Positions 37,081 to 52,300 of a stretch of 64,000 bases of DNA are shown piece by piece. This stretch comes from Octopus bimaculoides (Eukaryota). The notes under the pieces were generated by a model that was given only the letters and a program-made list of their open reading frames with translations, was not told the origin of the DNA and made no database searches. The position numbers were made by a program, and so were the translations under genes. Each line of letters begins with the position of its first letter. Within the stretch, counting starts at the first letter, position 1. The stretch covers positions 56,548,725-56,612,724 of the forward strand of contig NC_068992.1 of assembly GCF_001194135.2 (NCBI RefSeq). The letters run 5' to 3'.

Positions 37081-37784
37081 AATTTGCAGCAACTTCAAAA
37101 CCATGCAACATTGAATAAATATCCGTTGATGCTAATTGAATTTATACACTCCTAGTTGCGTGTTAAAAGACGAAAACTTTCTAGCAAATAATCATATCTG
37201 TATTACCATAGTAAAGCTTCCGAATAGAAATTTATCGTAATATCCAACTCCAAATATATATCCATTCTAATACATTTACAAGATTATTAATCAGACATCC
37301 AATTAAGTTTACTGTTTTCCAGTTTTACAAAACTCACAAATGCTATCAACCAGATCATGGATCAACTACTTTTCAATACATCGCTAACTACATTTAATAC
37401 CAATGTACATTTTATGTTAGAAAGAATACAAGAAATAATCATTTATGCCATTTATAGTTACATTACCATTGTTTGTTCGGTACCTTTGGTACACATTTGC
37501 GGATACATTAATATTATTTACAGGAATTCGATCGTTCTAATTGGTTTAGTTCTGGTTTGTAAACACGAAAACTGGAAGCCAATTTCTTTCACCAGAATGT
37601 GCATTACAAGTCAATACACTGTAAAAATATATTCAACAAGACCAAACAAAGGTGACAAAGCCAAGCGAAAACGGGCCCTGTAAAGTTAGCTTGTAGGACA
37701 AATTAGAAATAATATATTTTGGGTGGGCCCCAATTAACTGAGAAACAATTAAGTTAACGGTCAATTTCCATATCGTTTACCTGC

Positions 37785-37950
<166 letters not shown>

Positions 37951-38683
37951 TCTAGATGTAACTATAAAGTCATTTGCATAGTATCGCAGGAAATATAAAA
38001 GTATTCTATACGATAGTTCTCTATATTAACGGAAGACAACTTGTAATCTAGGACCGAAGAGACAGTTGATTTATCATTGTGAATATATCATGACTGTTTG
38101 TTGACAAATTTTTCCGCTTTATAAGGGTTTAGTTATCCGTTGTATCTGCTGTTATGATGGCGTCTCTGCGGTCGAAACTAAATTATCTTATTTGTATCTT
38201 ATCTTGAATATTGTTTAAGAACAATATAAATTCATTAGAGGTTTTATGAAGTTGACATCCAAGAGATTAGAACTGGTTATGCTGAGGATTGAGGTATATT
38301 TTAGTGTATTTCTACTGCTACTATCTGACCTACAAAAGAGAGACTAAATGTTATAGTGACAAAATTTCGCGTAACTTTATATAATCTGAAATAATTTGAT
38401 ATTGACACACGGCCCTCATGTAAGCCTTCAATATTTATCTAATAAATAATAAAACTAAAAGAAGCAAAATGCTTCGATAAATTAAATTTTTTAAAATTAA
38501 TTTAGGATTAATGAAAGATAATTCAGCTAAAATTTAATGAATGTCATGACTTAGAATTAAATTATATGTATAAATGTATGTACATACGTATGTACGTATG
38601 TATGTATTTATGTATGTATGCATGCATGCTTGTATATCTGTATGTATTTGTGTTCATGTACATGTGTGTACCTACGCATGCGT

Positions 38684-38723
<40 letters not shown>

Positions 38724-38921
38724 NNNNNNNNNNNNNNNNNNNNNNNNNNNNNNNNNNNNNNNNNNNNNNNNNNNNNNNNNNNNNNNNNNNNNNNNNNNNN
38801 NNNNNNNNNNNNNNNNNNNNNNNNNNNNNNNNNNNNNNNNNNNNNNNNNNNNNNNNNNNNNNNNNNNNNNNNNNNNNNNNNNNNNNNNNNNNNNNNNNNN
38901 NNNNNNNNNNNNNNNNNNNNN

Positions 38922-38973
<52 letters not shown>

Positions 38974-41747
38974 ACAAACACACACATATATACATATATT
39001 CAAAAACTTAAAAATATATTGTATTTTTCGCTTGAATTAATTAATGAATTAAATGAATCTAACGTGAACCGAAATTAATCTAACCTTAATTAATAATTTC
39101 AAAACGCTTTTCGCTTAAGTGTGATTATATCAAACAAAACATTGCTTCTTTTTATTTGTATTTTATCATGCGGAACTGGTTGAATCCCTCACCGCCCTAA
39201 CCTTCACCCAACTAACAACTATCATGCTTTTAGTTTTATTAAGCTTTTCTTTCAGTGTGGCAAAATTAATTTTCTTTCACAATTCAGATAAGCTCTTACG
39301 AAGGGAGAGCCTTTTATGAAAAATAATATCTGTTTTTTCTCTGTTAACACAAGAAAAATATACAGCCCAAAACCACCCCTTCTATATGAAAATTTTGCTT
39401 GCATTAAATTTAATCCATTTTTTATAACATGTTATACTTGATGCATTGAAAATCTTCCTTCAGAAACAAGGAAAGTGATATTTTGTGACAGAGACAATAG
39501 CTTCAATAGAAGCAATCAGCAAACGGATCTAGCAAGGCATATCAGTAATGAAATAAAAATAGAAATGGAAGGACTTAATTTTCATTGGTTTAGATACAAA
39601 TTAGTTTTGCTAAATCTGCATCCCACAGCAAAATAAATTCGTTTAAATTCATAATCATTTCCCCCTCCCACCTTTCTGATTAATACACACTTAACACTAG
39701 AGTTCTAGTATCACTGTTTATACTTTTCACGATTAACACTGTTATCTATTTAGCTTATCTTCACAGCGAAGCTTAAGAAGGAAACATTCATGTCTAGAAC
39801 TAATGAATTGAATCAAAGATGAGAGCTATCTTAATTAACTATTTCAAAATTCAAATTAATTCAAACCACCAAATAAAATTAAAGCTGGGCGGCATTTGTG
39901 AGTGACGTGTACATGTGATGTATCATGGTAACATTATTCAGTGATCGTATTTGTTTTGTTTCTCATATCAGTTTACAATGATCTCATTCAGATTCTCTAG
40001 GCTATAGAAGGTAAATACATGAATTGTATTTATGCTTTAAAAGATTTATCGTGCATATAGTTTTTGATTATGTTTTATATAGTTTAAATAGTAAAGAGTC
40101 TAGAAAATAAATGGGAATGTACTCCTAGGTGTGACATGATAAAAAATATCATTCAAATTCATCTCAAATCACATCTAGAGCTTAGAAACTATCCGTAGCC
40201 AATATAAGTTGGGACATACCTTCGTTAATTGTTTTAGATAATTATGTGCTCGCAAGAAGACAGAATCTCTCACACACCTCTCATGCTTGACTCAACAGAA
40301 TGTCCATAATGGGACATTCGTTGAGAGAGTGCTGTCATAGCAATAATTTTCAGCTATTTCAATGGATGGGGTGAAAATAAAGTGCTCAAGGTAAAATCAC
40401 GACACCCGATTCAAAAATCGAAAGCACGAATTTAAAACTAACGCCTTATACAATAGGTCGCATGCTTTCACGCGCTACCATCTTAAAACGAAAGGTAAGA
40501 CGCATTGTTATGTGAAGTCCCAGATGAATTCCGCCAACAGAAAATACATAGCTGATCCAAAAGGTAAAGCTTTACATCACGTTAATGAAGTAACTAAACA
40601 CTGAATTAGAACTAAACAAGACAAAGACAGCAAAGCCAACGACAACGACGTAGATCATAATATCGATAACAACAGTCGCAAACTGTATAATACGTTTGCT
40701 AGCATATCATTATATTACCGTCTGAGTTTATACATTTTATATGTACCCTCTATACTAGAGATATTTCGAGGTGGAATTGACAAATTGTTCTGTTGTACGC
40801 GAATTCAGCACGAGTTTGGCCAAGATTATTAACTCTACATTGCTCCACTAACATTAACCTTTCCTCAATATACTGCATCAAACTTCGAGTAAATGATATT
40901 TCCAACACTTTCAAACCCTATATAAAAGGAAGATTCATTTCAGTACAACTTAATAACAAGGACAGCAGAAAGAAAATACATGAGTTGTAAATTCTTGTAA
41001 TTTATGAAAAGCTTCGTGTATACGATACCAACATTGGTTTAAAAGTCAAACATTATTCAATTCTCTCAGGTAATCCAAAGATGGAACTATATACATGGAA
41101 GCATTTCATGCTAATATATAATTTGCTTTACCCATCATCCGCCATTGAAATAAATACATATTAGATAGAATTTTCTGTTTTCAATTGCTTCGTAGAAACA
41201 CGTACCGTAGCATGAGCGAATACATTACAATGAAGTAGAGAAATTTGAAAAGACAACACGAAACCGGTTATTTCTCAAAATACAATGTTTATATACCAAA
41301 AAGATGTTATAACATTTTTCTAACATTTTTCTGACATAATTTAAATATATACTTTAACCATGTAACACAAGCCTTCTGTAGTTTTTTCACTCTTATTATC
41401 TTTTATATATATATATATATATCATAGAATAGCATTGCTCATAGGAAAATAAGAACGTGCTTATCATTTGTAATATATTTGTATTCCTTGGCGTAGATAG
41501 AAGTGTTATGTAATTGAAAGTGAAAATGTGGTGAATAATACCCTGTAATGCACTGTGTAGAACATTCATCATATTGAATAATGCAGACAGTTCCAGCATG
41601 ACTGCGGCTTGGCTTCGAAATATTAACTTGAACCAGTATAAATGGAAAATATACGCAGATCATATTATCAATTTGTAAAGGTTTAGCTTGGAATATTTGT
41701 TTACAACTTAACAGAATAATTCTAACTAAATATACATAAACATTTTC

Positions 41748-41822
<75 letters not shown>

Positions 41823-42109
41823 TAAATAGTAATTAAACAGACAGACTGAAAGAAAGATAGTTAGATAGACCGATGAGTAAATATAAGAATATATGCACTT
41901 GAATGATCCTTAGATTGAAATACCGCTGTGAATACACATCTATTATGTATATACAAAAGTAAAAGTTATAAAGTGGAGGTATGACATTGCAGACATCATC
42001 TTTAGTCAGATAGAAAAAGACCAAAATGAAACGCTTGTGACATCGGGATTTCACAGTTTCCGTTTACTAAATTCCTTCACTCGCCATTGATCGACACGTT
42101 GCTACATTA

Positions 42110-42205
42110 GCAGATGCCTGGCCAAGGTGTAGCACAATGAGATACAACCGGAAGCCATGTGGTTGCAAAGCAGGGTTCTTAAAAACACGACAAAGCTTGC
42201 GTCTA
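42110..42205 (-). mobile_element. SINE family A head fragment
   Basis: gccaaggtg..acaaccggaagccatgtggttgcaaagc. Confidence 0.5.
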
Positions 42206-42719
42206 CTATACAGCTTCTATCAATATTGAAATATTTAAAAACAAGACTGCGAATGTTGAAATGTTTTAAGTGAAATATGTTCACAGTTTAATGGCAACTC
42301 ATCGAACTGTTAGCTCTTCACATCTCTCCTGTTTTGTTTCAAGCGCTACTGAAATCACTCCCTGTTATTATCTGTGATTCTTTAATTTCTTTGCTTCTAT
42401 TTTTATTTTTATGTATTCGTCATCAAAGGCCCTCATGAAATACACGAAGAGTTATGGAAATGTGCTTGACAAAAGCAATATTTTAACGGAGAATACATTT
42501 TGAATCGATCGTTTATTTGTTTATTTATTTATTTATTTATTTTTATTTATTTATTTATTTATTTATTTAGTTTCTGTTTTCAAATTGTATTATTGATACT
42601 CAAAGACATGCACAAAACAATTCCAACGAACTTCTTCAATATTCAGTTTCACGATACTTGCAAACCACTCATCTTGTTTGGAAAATGGCATATGTAAACA
42701 TCAACAACATCACTTACAA

Positions 42720-42755
42720 CCGCTGCTGCTGCTGTTGCTGCTGTTGCTGATGATG

Positions 42756-42803
<48 letters not shown>

Positions 42804-43250
42804 TGCTATCAGCTCTACCATCACCGCTTCCAATACCACCACCAGGACCACTACTGCCACTGCGGTTATTATCATCATCATCATTACTACTGCCACCAGT
42901 ACCACATATACCAGTAGCACCACCACCACTACCAGCACCATCACCACTACAACCACCACTACCACCTCTACCATAACCACCACCACCACCACCACCACCA
43001 CCACNNNNNNNNNNNNNNNNNNNNNNNNNNNNNNNNNNNNNNNNNNNNNNNNNNNNNNNNNNNNNNNNNNNNNNNNNNNNNNNNNNNNNNNNNNNNNNNN
43101 NNNNNNNNNNNNNNNNNNNNNNNNNNNNNNNNNNNNNNNNNNNNNNNNNNNNNNNNNNNNNNNNNNNNNNNNNNNNNNNNNNNNNNNNNNNNNNNNNNNN
43201 NNNNNNNNNNNNNNNNNNNNNNNNNAGCACCACCACCACCACCACCGCGA

Positions 43251-43315
<65 letters not shown>

Positions 43316-43316
43316 T

Positions 43317-43371
<55 letters not shown>

Positions 43372-43420
43372 ACTACTACTAGTACTACTACTACTACTAC
43401 TGCTGCTGAGGCTGCTGCTG

Positions 43421-43471
<51 letters not shown>

Positions 43472-43708
43472 ATAATAATGATAATAAGCAATAAAAAGAT
43501 GAAGAACCAGAATAATTCAGGAAAGTATTACAGAAAATAGCGGAAAAGAACAGGTACCATGGTACCGTGGGCTGCAGGTAGTAACCCCGCTCCGTGTGCA
43601 AGATTCCAGGAGTTCCAATAAAACCTCTGATAAACATAAATGATAATACCACCAACACCTCTAATACTCCCACCACTGTTACAACTATCACCACCACATT
43701 AACCCCCA

Positions 43709-43768
<60 letters not shown>

Positions 43769-43770
43769 AG
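42720..43770. repeat. Kilobase-scale compound trinucleotide array (CTG/CTA/CCA/CAT) with an internal gap
   Basis: Direct reading; source of the 280- and 356-aa low-complexity ORFs. Confidence 0.95.
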
Positions 43771-44194
43771 CAGCAAGAACGACAAACAACAACATAAAGA
43801 ACCATACCAGTAACCTTTAATTTCCATAACAACACTATACTTGCTATCATCTTCAAAGACGGAAATAACACGAGAAATATTCTAAAGTTACCGAATTAAG
43901 AGTAATTAAATATCGATTTAATGAACCTTCTTCTAATTTTGATTTTTGAAAAAAATTTAAATCCAACAGTTAATCCGTTGAAATGAAGAAATCTCTCATA
44001 TGCAATGTTGACATATTACCTCATCTCTTTCAAAGTTACAAGGTTCAAATGCAGTTTTAGAAAGACGGATTAATACAAATACATAGTTATCGATACGATG
44101 TCCATGCAACAAAAATGATTTCTGACTCTCATATATTTATATAAATTGATAAATAGTGGGAAAGTACAGTGGACTAATTCGAAGTTAACTTCTC

Positions 44195-44258
<64 letters not shown>

Positions 44259-44990
44259 AATCCATTCATTCTCAGAGAAAGGACAAAACACAGCAGGAGG
44301 AAACAGTTGGCTTCAAGAGTCACTGAAGAGGTTAAAATGTGTGACAAACGATTTCCAGACAATGGACAGAAGATAAAATAACAACAATGACAAACAAGTG
44401 AAGAACGGATATATAGCACGTGTGCTTATTTGGCAAGAGAAAAAAGTGGCCATTTCGAACACACACAAATATATATATACATATATACACGTATATATTT
44501 ATTATATATATACATATATACACGTATATATTTATTATATATATACATATATATATATATATATAATTATATTTATTTCTTCTATCTTAATGAATAAAAA
44601 TTCTTAGGATAGAATTAATGGGTTAATAGAAACCAAGGTAGCAAAGAACACAAAATAACTGTGGTGTAGTTCCTGTTTTTGAGGTAGAAACTCCTTGAAA
44701 TTTTGGGTATTTGAGTATATTTAAAAAATTAAGGAATGGAGAAAACGCATGTTATAATTGCATACTTTATTCCTACATATGTTTCAAAGGATTACAACCT
44801 ATGTGATCCATAGGGATCTGTGATGTTAAAATTGNNNNNNNNNNNNNNNNNNNNNNNNNNNNNNNNNNNNNNNNNNNNNNNNNNNNNNNNNNNNNNNNNN
44901 NNNNNNNNNNNNNNNNNNNNNNNNNNNNNNNNNNNNNNNNNNNNNNNNNTATATATATATATATATATATGTATGTATATATATATTTCG

Positions 44991-45290
44991 GCGAAGGCGT
45001 GTGGATTAGTTGTTAAGGGCATTCGGATTACGATCGTTAGATCGCGAGCTCAGTTCCAGGCGATGCGTTGTGTTCTTGAGCAGGACTCTTTATTTCACGT
45101 GGCTCTAGTTCACTCAACTGGTAGCAATGAGTAGTACCTGTATTTCCTTGCGCCAGCCTTGTCGCACTCTGTGTCACCCTGAATTTCTCTGAGAACTACA
45201 TTAAGGGTACACGTCACGTACTTGTGCACGTTAATTCCACGAGCAGGCTATTCCGTTAATCGGATCAACTGGAATCCTCGTCGATATTTG
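44991..45290 (+). mobile_element. tRNA-derived SINE family C (same tail as family D)
   Basis: aggcgtgtggattagttgttaagggcattcgg..gcgttgtgttcttgagca.gac.ctttatttcacgt..ccagccttgtc..ttaagggtacacg..gagcaggct.ttccgtt.atcggatcaactggaa. Confidence 0.8.
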
Positions 45291-46930
45291 ATCGGACAAT
45301 TATGGTCTCGGTTAGTGTATATGTTCTCATGCATGTGCGTTAACTACAACGTTGGAGCATTTTATCTCCTGTATCTATCAATGTAGGTGCCTTTTAACAC
45401 CCTAGTCATGTCTAGTGACAATTACACACATATATATATATNNNNNNNNNNNNNNNNNNNNNNNNNNNNNNNNNNNNNNNNNNNNNNNNNNNNNNNNNNN
45501 NNNNNNNNNNNNNNNNNNNNNNNNNNNNNNNNNNNNNNNNNNNNNNNNNNNNNNNNNNNNNNNNNNNNNNNNNNNNNNNNNNNNNNNNNNNNNNNNNNNN
45601 NNNNNNNNNNNNNNNNNNNNNNNNNNNNNNNNNNNNNNNNNNNNNNNNNNNNNNNNNNNNNNNNNNNNNNNNNNNNNNNNNNNNNNNNNNNNNNNNNNNN
45701 NNNNNNNNNNNNNNNNNNNNNNNNNNNNNNNNNNNNNNNNNNNNNNNNNNNNNNNNNNNNNNNNNNNNNNNNNNNTACATATATATATATATATGTATGT
45801 ATAAATGCATGCATATATGTGTACATACATACATACAGTATTAATTCATATACAATGCCATATCAAATATAACGTGATCATAATATGTATTTTCTGGATA
45901 CCTATACATAAAGATCAATGATTTATTTCAAATTCTTGTCGAATATAATGTTATATCACCCTATTTTCAACATATTTTGTATTTATTTTCATATATTATA
46001 CACATTATAGAGTTTTATATATTCATACATGCATGTATGCATGTATGTATGTATGTATGTTTGTATAGATTTCCAATGAATTTTTTTTCGTATTTAAGGA
46101 AAAAGCTGATATTATATTTCATACAAAGTTATGTATGTGTGCCTGCGTGTGTGTACGTGTGAGTGTGTGTGTGTCCGAACGCGTGTATACGCACGTGTGC
46201 ACTACACGCATACACGCATACACACATAGAAAAAAAGTCCTTGATTTAAGACGACATTAATATCCGCCGCAGGCGATGAAAACTAGCCAATACATATTAG
46301 GCTTTAGTCCACGAATACTTAGAATTTGATAAACCGTCATCTTAGATTAGGTATATGCCAATAAGATCGATTCGGCTTTCTGGTCTGAATATCAAGATTT
46401 ATATAATTGCTGTGATAATACGGCTCTGGCCGACATTTCTCCATCATGATGTTAAGATGACACGAAATGTCAAATCGACAGAATGATATCGTTTCGCGAT
46501 AGGATTAGGCTGAACAAGAAATAAAATTGATTTCTTACATTGGCACAAGGCCTCAAGAGTTTTTAGCGTAAACTATTAGTCAAAAGAAATCAGGTCTTTA
46601 TGATTTCATACACAGATGTAAAGAGAGGGAGAGAGAAGGCGGAAAAGTGAACGAAGAATAGAGAGAAAGAGTGAGAGAGGGAGAGAGAGAAAGAAAGAAA
46701 GAAAGAAAGACGAGAGAAAGTTTTATCAAAATCTATGAAAATATATGTTATGAATCATCTTAGAAAATGCTTTGTGCGTAGAAGTGAATAAATTTATATA
46801 TTTCATGTCTTTATACATACACTATTAAAACTCACAAACAATCACACTCACATACATACACACAAACACGTACATGTATGTTGTATATAAATGCATATAT
46901 AGATGCATATATATACATAGGCATACATGT

Positions 46931-46968
<38 letters not shown>

Positions 46969-47266
46969 NNNNNNNNNNNNNNNNNNNNNNNNNNNNNNNN
47001 NNNNNNNNNNNNNNNNNNNNNNNNNNNNNNNNNNNNNNNNNNNNNNNNNNNNNNNNNNNNNNNNNNNNNNNNNNNNNNNNNNNNNNNNNNNNNNNNNNNN
47101 NNNNNNNNNNNNNNNNNNNNNNNNNNNNNNNNNNNNNNNNNNNNNNNNNNNNNNNNNNNNNNNNNNNNTATATATATATATATATATATATGGATATAAG
47201 TACATAGGTGCGTGAACCTTAGTAAGTGTTTGTGCCTATAGCAGAAAGGATTATTAGCAGCAACGT

Positions 47267-47425
47267 AAGGCAGCGAGCTGGCAGAATCGTTAGGACGCCA
47301 GGCTTTGTCTTCCATCCTCGCGCTGACGATGAAATAAGTACCAGTTACACACTGGTGTCGATGTAATCGACTATCCCCTCCTCCGCAGTTTCAGACCTTG
47401 TGCCTATAGTAGAAACGATTATCAT
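47267..47425 (+). mobile_element. SINE family B, internally deleted
   Basis: aaggcagcgagctggcagaatcgttaggacgcc | ggctttgtcttccatcc..aagtaccagtt..gtcgatgtaatcgact..ccttgtgcc. Confidence 0.8.
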
Positions 47426-47442
47426 TATTATTGATAGTCTTA

Positions 47443-47444
47443 GT

Positions 47445-47525
<81 letters not shown>

Positions 47526-47760
47526 TAGATGAGTATCAGTGATAGTCGAAAAAAACCCCCAGTTAATGTAATAGTAACAACAGGATTGGTGGTGGCGGAA
47601 TAGTAGTAGCAATTTTTGAGGTAGAATGAATTTAGTAATAGAATAGTCAGCTGGAGTATTAATAATAGTCGCAGTAACATTTGTATCAACAATAGTAAAT
47701 GCAACAACAACAGCAGCAGCAGCAGCATAAGAAGCGGCAGCAGTAGAACCACTTGTTTCT
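47443..47760. repeat. (AGC)n(AGT)n array with a degenerate extension
   Basis: Direct reading. Confidence 0.9.
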
Positions 47761-48370
47761 GTTGCCGCTATTACTGCCTTGAACATTATTGCATAGTTAG
47801 CGTGTTTTGCATAATATTGTTGGCAGTATCTAATAACCAATATCCTTCTAAGGAGATTATCTCTACATATGCCAGATTTACACTACTGGGAAAATTAATG
47901 GAAGTAACTAAATGCAGGGACATTTAATCCGACAAAGCTACATTTTCAACTATTTAACACTCTCATGTAATAATCTCAGGAATTATGTTTTACTGTTTAC
48001 GATGATTGGACAACAGCCACTGCGTGGCCCTTTCTTCGGGGATTTTTTTTAATTGCATCGATTACATTGATTTTTGCATTTATTTCATTATGGTATTTAA
48101 TTTATTTTATCAATCACTTATTGTCAATCCGCTACGTTAGGCTTCTTTCTTTTACCTAAAGTCTGAACGTGCGACACCAGTTTAAAACACGAACAGAATG
48201 CAAAGACAAGCATTTGTGCATATAAGAATGTTAATGCATACACATATATACATACATACACAAATATATGTAAATGTGTATGTATGTGTGTGTGAGTGTT
48301 TACACATAAATATATATACTCCAGCGTGTTCTCGCAACTGCATTGGTGAAATGCACAAAAGAATATTACG

Positions 48371-48409
<39 letters not shown>

Positions 48410-49635
48410 GTGTGTGTGTGTGTATACGTACCTACAGTTATACATGCATAAATCATGTAAGATTTCAACAAGTATAAGAGCACTCAATCAGTTAAGGTAA
48501 TGATAATCATTAAATAATGTTATGATAAAAAGCACTAATCTTGATCAATAGAGCTACCCAGGGTTTAACAAGATTTATGGTTTTTACTGTAACATTACAT
48601 GCATACATACAAATATATATACGTAAATACGCACACGCACATTATCTGTAGCTTGATAATTTATTGGAAGAACAAGTAGAAAACATCTCGTCAAAGAACG
48701 AAATAAATATTTTATTTAAGGAAGCTAAGAGCCAGACACCATTACACACACGATAAAATTCCAGATATTAAGAATGAAATTTTTTCATATTTCGAGAAAG
48801 AGGAAAGATCTAGTTTGTCCGCTCATATTCCGAATGAATATAGGAATTACTATCGTGAATGTTTTCCGATATTCTGAATATTTCTATCAAAATATACAAA
48901 ACTTGCCAACATGATTCAACTTGTTAACATTTCATCCAAAAAGATTAATGTTTGTTACTCTTGTTCCAATGTTTGTGGAATGGTCTTTTCCGTTCAAGCC
49001 CTTTTTTTCTATTAGTTTCGGTTGCAACAATTCTTCTGGGTGATTAAATGTTTAAATATCGGAGACGAACTATTGTTAATATGATAAAAACAGTTTTTGG
49101 TGGAAAAGAAAAAGAACATCTATACTACATTACAATCGATTTGATCTCTGATCGTTATCGGATATCAATCTGAACAAAATATAGCGTAGATGTAAATAAT
49201 AAAAAAAAAAGGTTCCTCCTAAAAACGGTGTTAATGGACTGAAAAATTATACTTGTATTAAGGTAAATAGTAATTCAATCTATATCATTCGGCTAGAATT
49301 TATGTATATAACAATTTAAACAAATGTTTCTTTAACTATAAAATAAAAGCCATACAACGTTAATATTATTTTAAAGACAATTGACTAAGATATTGGCATA
49401 CTCTATTATAGACAACCTTTATTTTATTTATTTAATTCGCGAAAAAATTGACTGCAGGAAAAGAGTGTAAGTTTAGGAGAGTTTTATCGTTTATATACAT
49501 ATTTATTTTCACCTAACAGAAATGTGCTTATAATTAAATTTGAACCAAATGTCGCACTAAATGAAGCACAGTAGTTGCTCCAATGAGAGAACGATATATA
49601 TATATGTATGTGTATGTGTGTGTATATGTATATAC

Positions 49636-49960
49636 AGTGGCGCTCTGTCGGTTACGACTACGAGGGTTTCAGTTGATCTGATCAACGAAACAGCCTGCTC
49701 GTAAAATTAATGTGCAAGTGGTTGAGCACTCCCCAGATACGTGTGCCCTAAACGCAGTTCTCAGGTAGATTCAGCATGACACAGAGTGTGACAAGGCTGG
49801 TCCTTTGAAATAAAAGTACAACAGAAACAGGAAGAAAGAGTGAGAGAAAGTTGTGGTGAAAGAGTACAGCAGGGTTTGCCACCATCCTCTGCCGGAGCCT
49901 CGTGGGGCTTTAGGTGTTTTCGCTCAATAAACACTCACAACGCCTGGTCTGGGAATCAAA
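49636..49960 (-). mobile_element. SINE family D, 5'-truncated at the B box
   Basis: Reverse complement matches 36755-37035 at high identity. Confidence 0.9.
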
Positions 49961-50338
49961 TTAATAAACGAGCCACCATCAGCAATGATTTGCAAAATTG
50001 GCACCAGACTGGCCATTTTGAGGCTGAGCAGATAGATTGAAATTCCGTAATCTGCTTAAGCTGAAGGTATTAAATTCGAAGTTGTTTCTGCTAGAATTTA
50101 AATGCCGTAATTGTTAAAATGGGACTAAAATAAATATTGTTATTGGTACTGGAAACAATTTAAAGACTATGATTGCTAACTGCAAACAGTTTAGAAGGCT
50201 ATGATTACCTAACATAAAAGAATTAGTTATAGATTTTCTAAAACGGAGAAACTTAAACAAATTGATATTGAGCAGGAGGTCATTTAAATCCAATTATTAC
50301 TAAACTCGGTACAATTACTACAAGTCGAAGATTCTACC

Positions 50339-50545
50339 TTTTTATCTTTTACTTGTTTCAGTCATTGGAATGCGGCCATGCTATGTCACCACCTTGAAGG
50401 GTTTTTAATGGAAGAAATCTAACTCAGTACTTGGTTTTTAAAGTCTGATATTTATTCTATGGCCTTGTTTTGCCGAACCGATAATTTATAGGGACGTAAA
50501 CAAACCAACACAGGTTGTCAAGGTTTAGGTAACAGACACGCAAGC
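50339..50545 (-). mobile_element. SINE family A 3' half
   Basis: cttttacttgtttcagtcatt..gcggccatgct..gccgaaccg..gacgtaaac..ggttgtcaag. Confidence 0.75.
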
Positions 50546-50879
50546 ATAAACACCCAACCATTCACATACACAAACACACACACACATACATGCATACACA
50601 CACTCACACACGCGCGCGCGCGCGCACACACACACACATATATATATATGAGGCACTTAAGGTTTTGGTCGGTTGTGAGATTTTGTAAATGAGAGTTGAT
50701 CAAAATGCTATGCAGTAAGATTGTAACTGAGAACAAGTGCTTAAGAAGCACACTGAAAAACGCTTGAGTTGTATGATTGCTAAAAGTACAACTCCACTTT
50801 AAAAATCATTCTTACTAACTGTGAATAAATGAAATATGATTGCTAAGAGAACAAGTGCACCAATGATTTTATTGTTCGA

Positions 50880-51090
50880 CTCATGATCAAAAGGTCAAGT
50901 ATCTCTTCCTCGACCAGACTTCGCGTTTTGTCGTTAATCAAGTCATTGTTTTCTTCTCCTCTGCTGTAATGTGTCCGAAACGGGACCTGGTTCATTACCG
51001 TGTCCTTCCATCAGTCATATCCCGAAGAAGCCAAATGTGTGTCTGTATGCGCTCGCGATTACACAGGCTTCTAAAACAATTAAGAAAAGC
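50880..51090 (-). pseudogene. Possible RTE-like LINE 3' relic
   Basis: Minus-strand EACV...FGHI... pieces across frameshifts. Weak. Confidence 0.2.
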
Positions 51091-51521
51091 ATGGTTCGTA
51101 TTAGCAAGCCATTTTCTCTCGTGAGCTACGGCTAGCTGCACATTTAAAATAGGGATTTTATTTTATTTTTATTTTAATGACGAAGATCGCACAAGGAACG
51201 ATTTAACTAATACATTAATGGTTTCGTAAAAAATTCAGATATTATGACTGTTAGCTAGGACAATTTAAAAGGAATAATTGCTAAATTGTAACATTTTAAA
51301 ACATCTTCAGTACTAAAATACCATTAACGCTAACTGCCTGAAATATAGAAATATAATTGCTAAACAGTGCAAGAGAATTATAGTTCTGTATTGCTAAATA
51401 GAAATTATTTAATTAATTCCATTGTTTATTAGGAGCAATTGAAATGTCGTTATTGTTGAACTGGAGACGTTAGAATGCTATGGTTGCAAACTGGGAATCA
51501 ATTTGAAATTTGTTTTCTATG

Positions 51522-52300
51522 CTTTATCTTTCATTAGCTTCACTCATTGAAATGCTGCAATCCTGGAGCACTGTCATTTAGGGTTTAGTCGAGTAGATCA
51601 GTCATTTAAGCTGAACCGCTAAGTTACGGGTACCCTAACAAATCGATACTGGTTGTCAAACAGTGAAGAACAAACACAAATACACGGTTCCACACACATA
51701 TACATAGATACATTATACTTGTAAATACACATACGCCCATATACATAAAACATTGCGAGTGGATTTGGTATATATATATATATATATATATATNNNNNNN
51801 NNNNNNNNNNNNNNNNNNNNNNNNNNNNNNNNNNNNNNNNNNNNNNNNNNNNNNNNNNNNNNNNNNNNNNNNNNNNNNNNNNNNNNNNNNNNNNNNNNNN
51901 NNNNNNNNNNNNNNNNNNNNNNNNNNNNNNNNNNNNNNNNNNNNNNNNNNNNNNNNNNNNNNNNNNNNNNNNNNNNNNNNNNNNNNNNNNNNNNNNNNNN
52001 NNNNNNNNNNNNNNNNNNNNNNNNNNNNNNNNNNNNNNNNNNNNNNNNNNNNNNNNNNNNNNNNNNNNNNNNNNNNNNNNNNNNNNNNNNNNNNNNNNNN
52101 NNNNNNNNNNNNNNNNNNNNNNNATATATATATATATATATATATATACAAGGCAGGCTTTCATTCAGTTGCCGTCTACCTACAGGGTTGGTCCGGGGTC
52201 ACAAGGCTAAGATTGAAGACATTTGTCCAGGGACCCGCAGCGTAGAACTGATCTAAAACCAAGTGGTTGCAAAGCGAAGTGCTTAACCACGCAGCTGTTT
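51522..52300 (-). mobile_element. SINE family A spanning gap 51794-52123
   Basis: Tail at 51522-51680 and head at 52150-52300 are in matching orientation and order around an expanded internal microsatellite. Confidence 0.6.

Noticed and set aside
39190-39230. ccctaacc-like telomeric motif
   Set aside because: Single degenerate unit, not an interstitial telomeric array.
44789-44822. ITTYVIHRDL peptide resembling a protein kinase catalytic loop after an acceptor-like tttcaaag
   Set aside because: Immediately followed by TGA, the alternative donor is weak, it borders a gap, and no other kinase motifs were found; most likely chance.
50985-51075. 72-nt minus-strand exon-like segment with plausible splice sites
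   Set aside because: Lies within a probable RTE-like relic and has no recognisable host protein.
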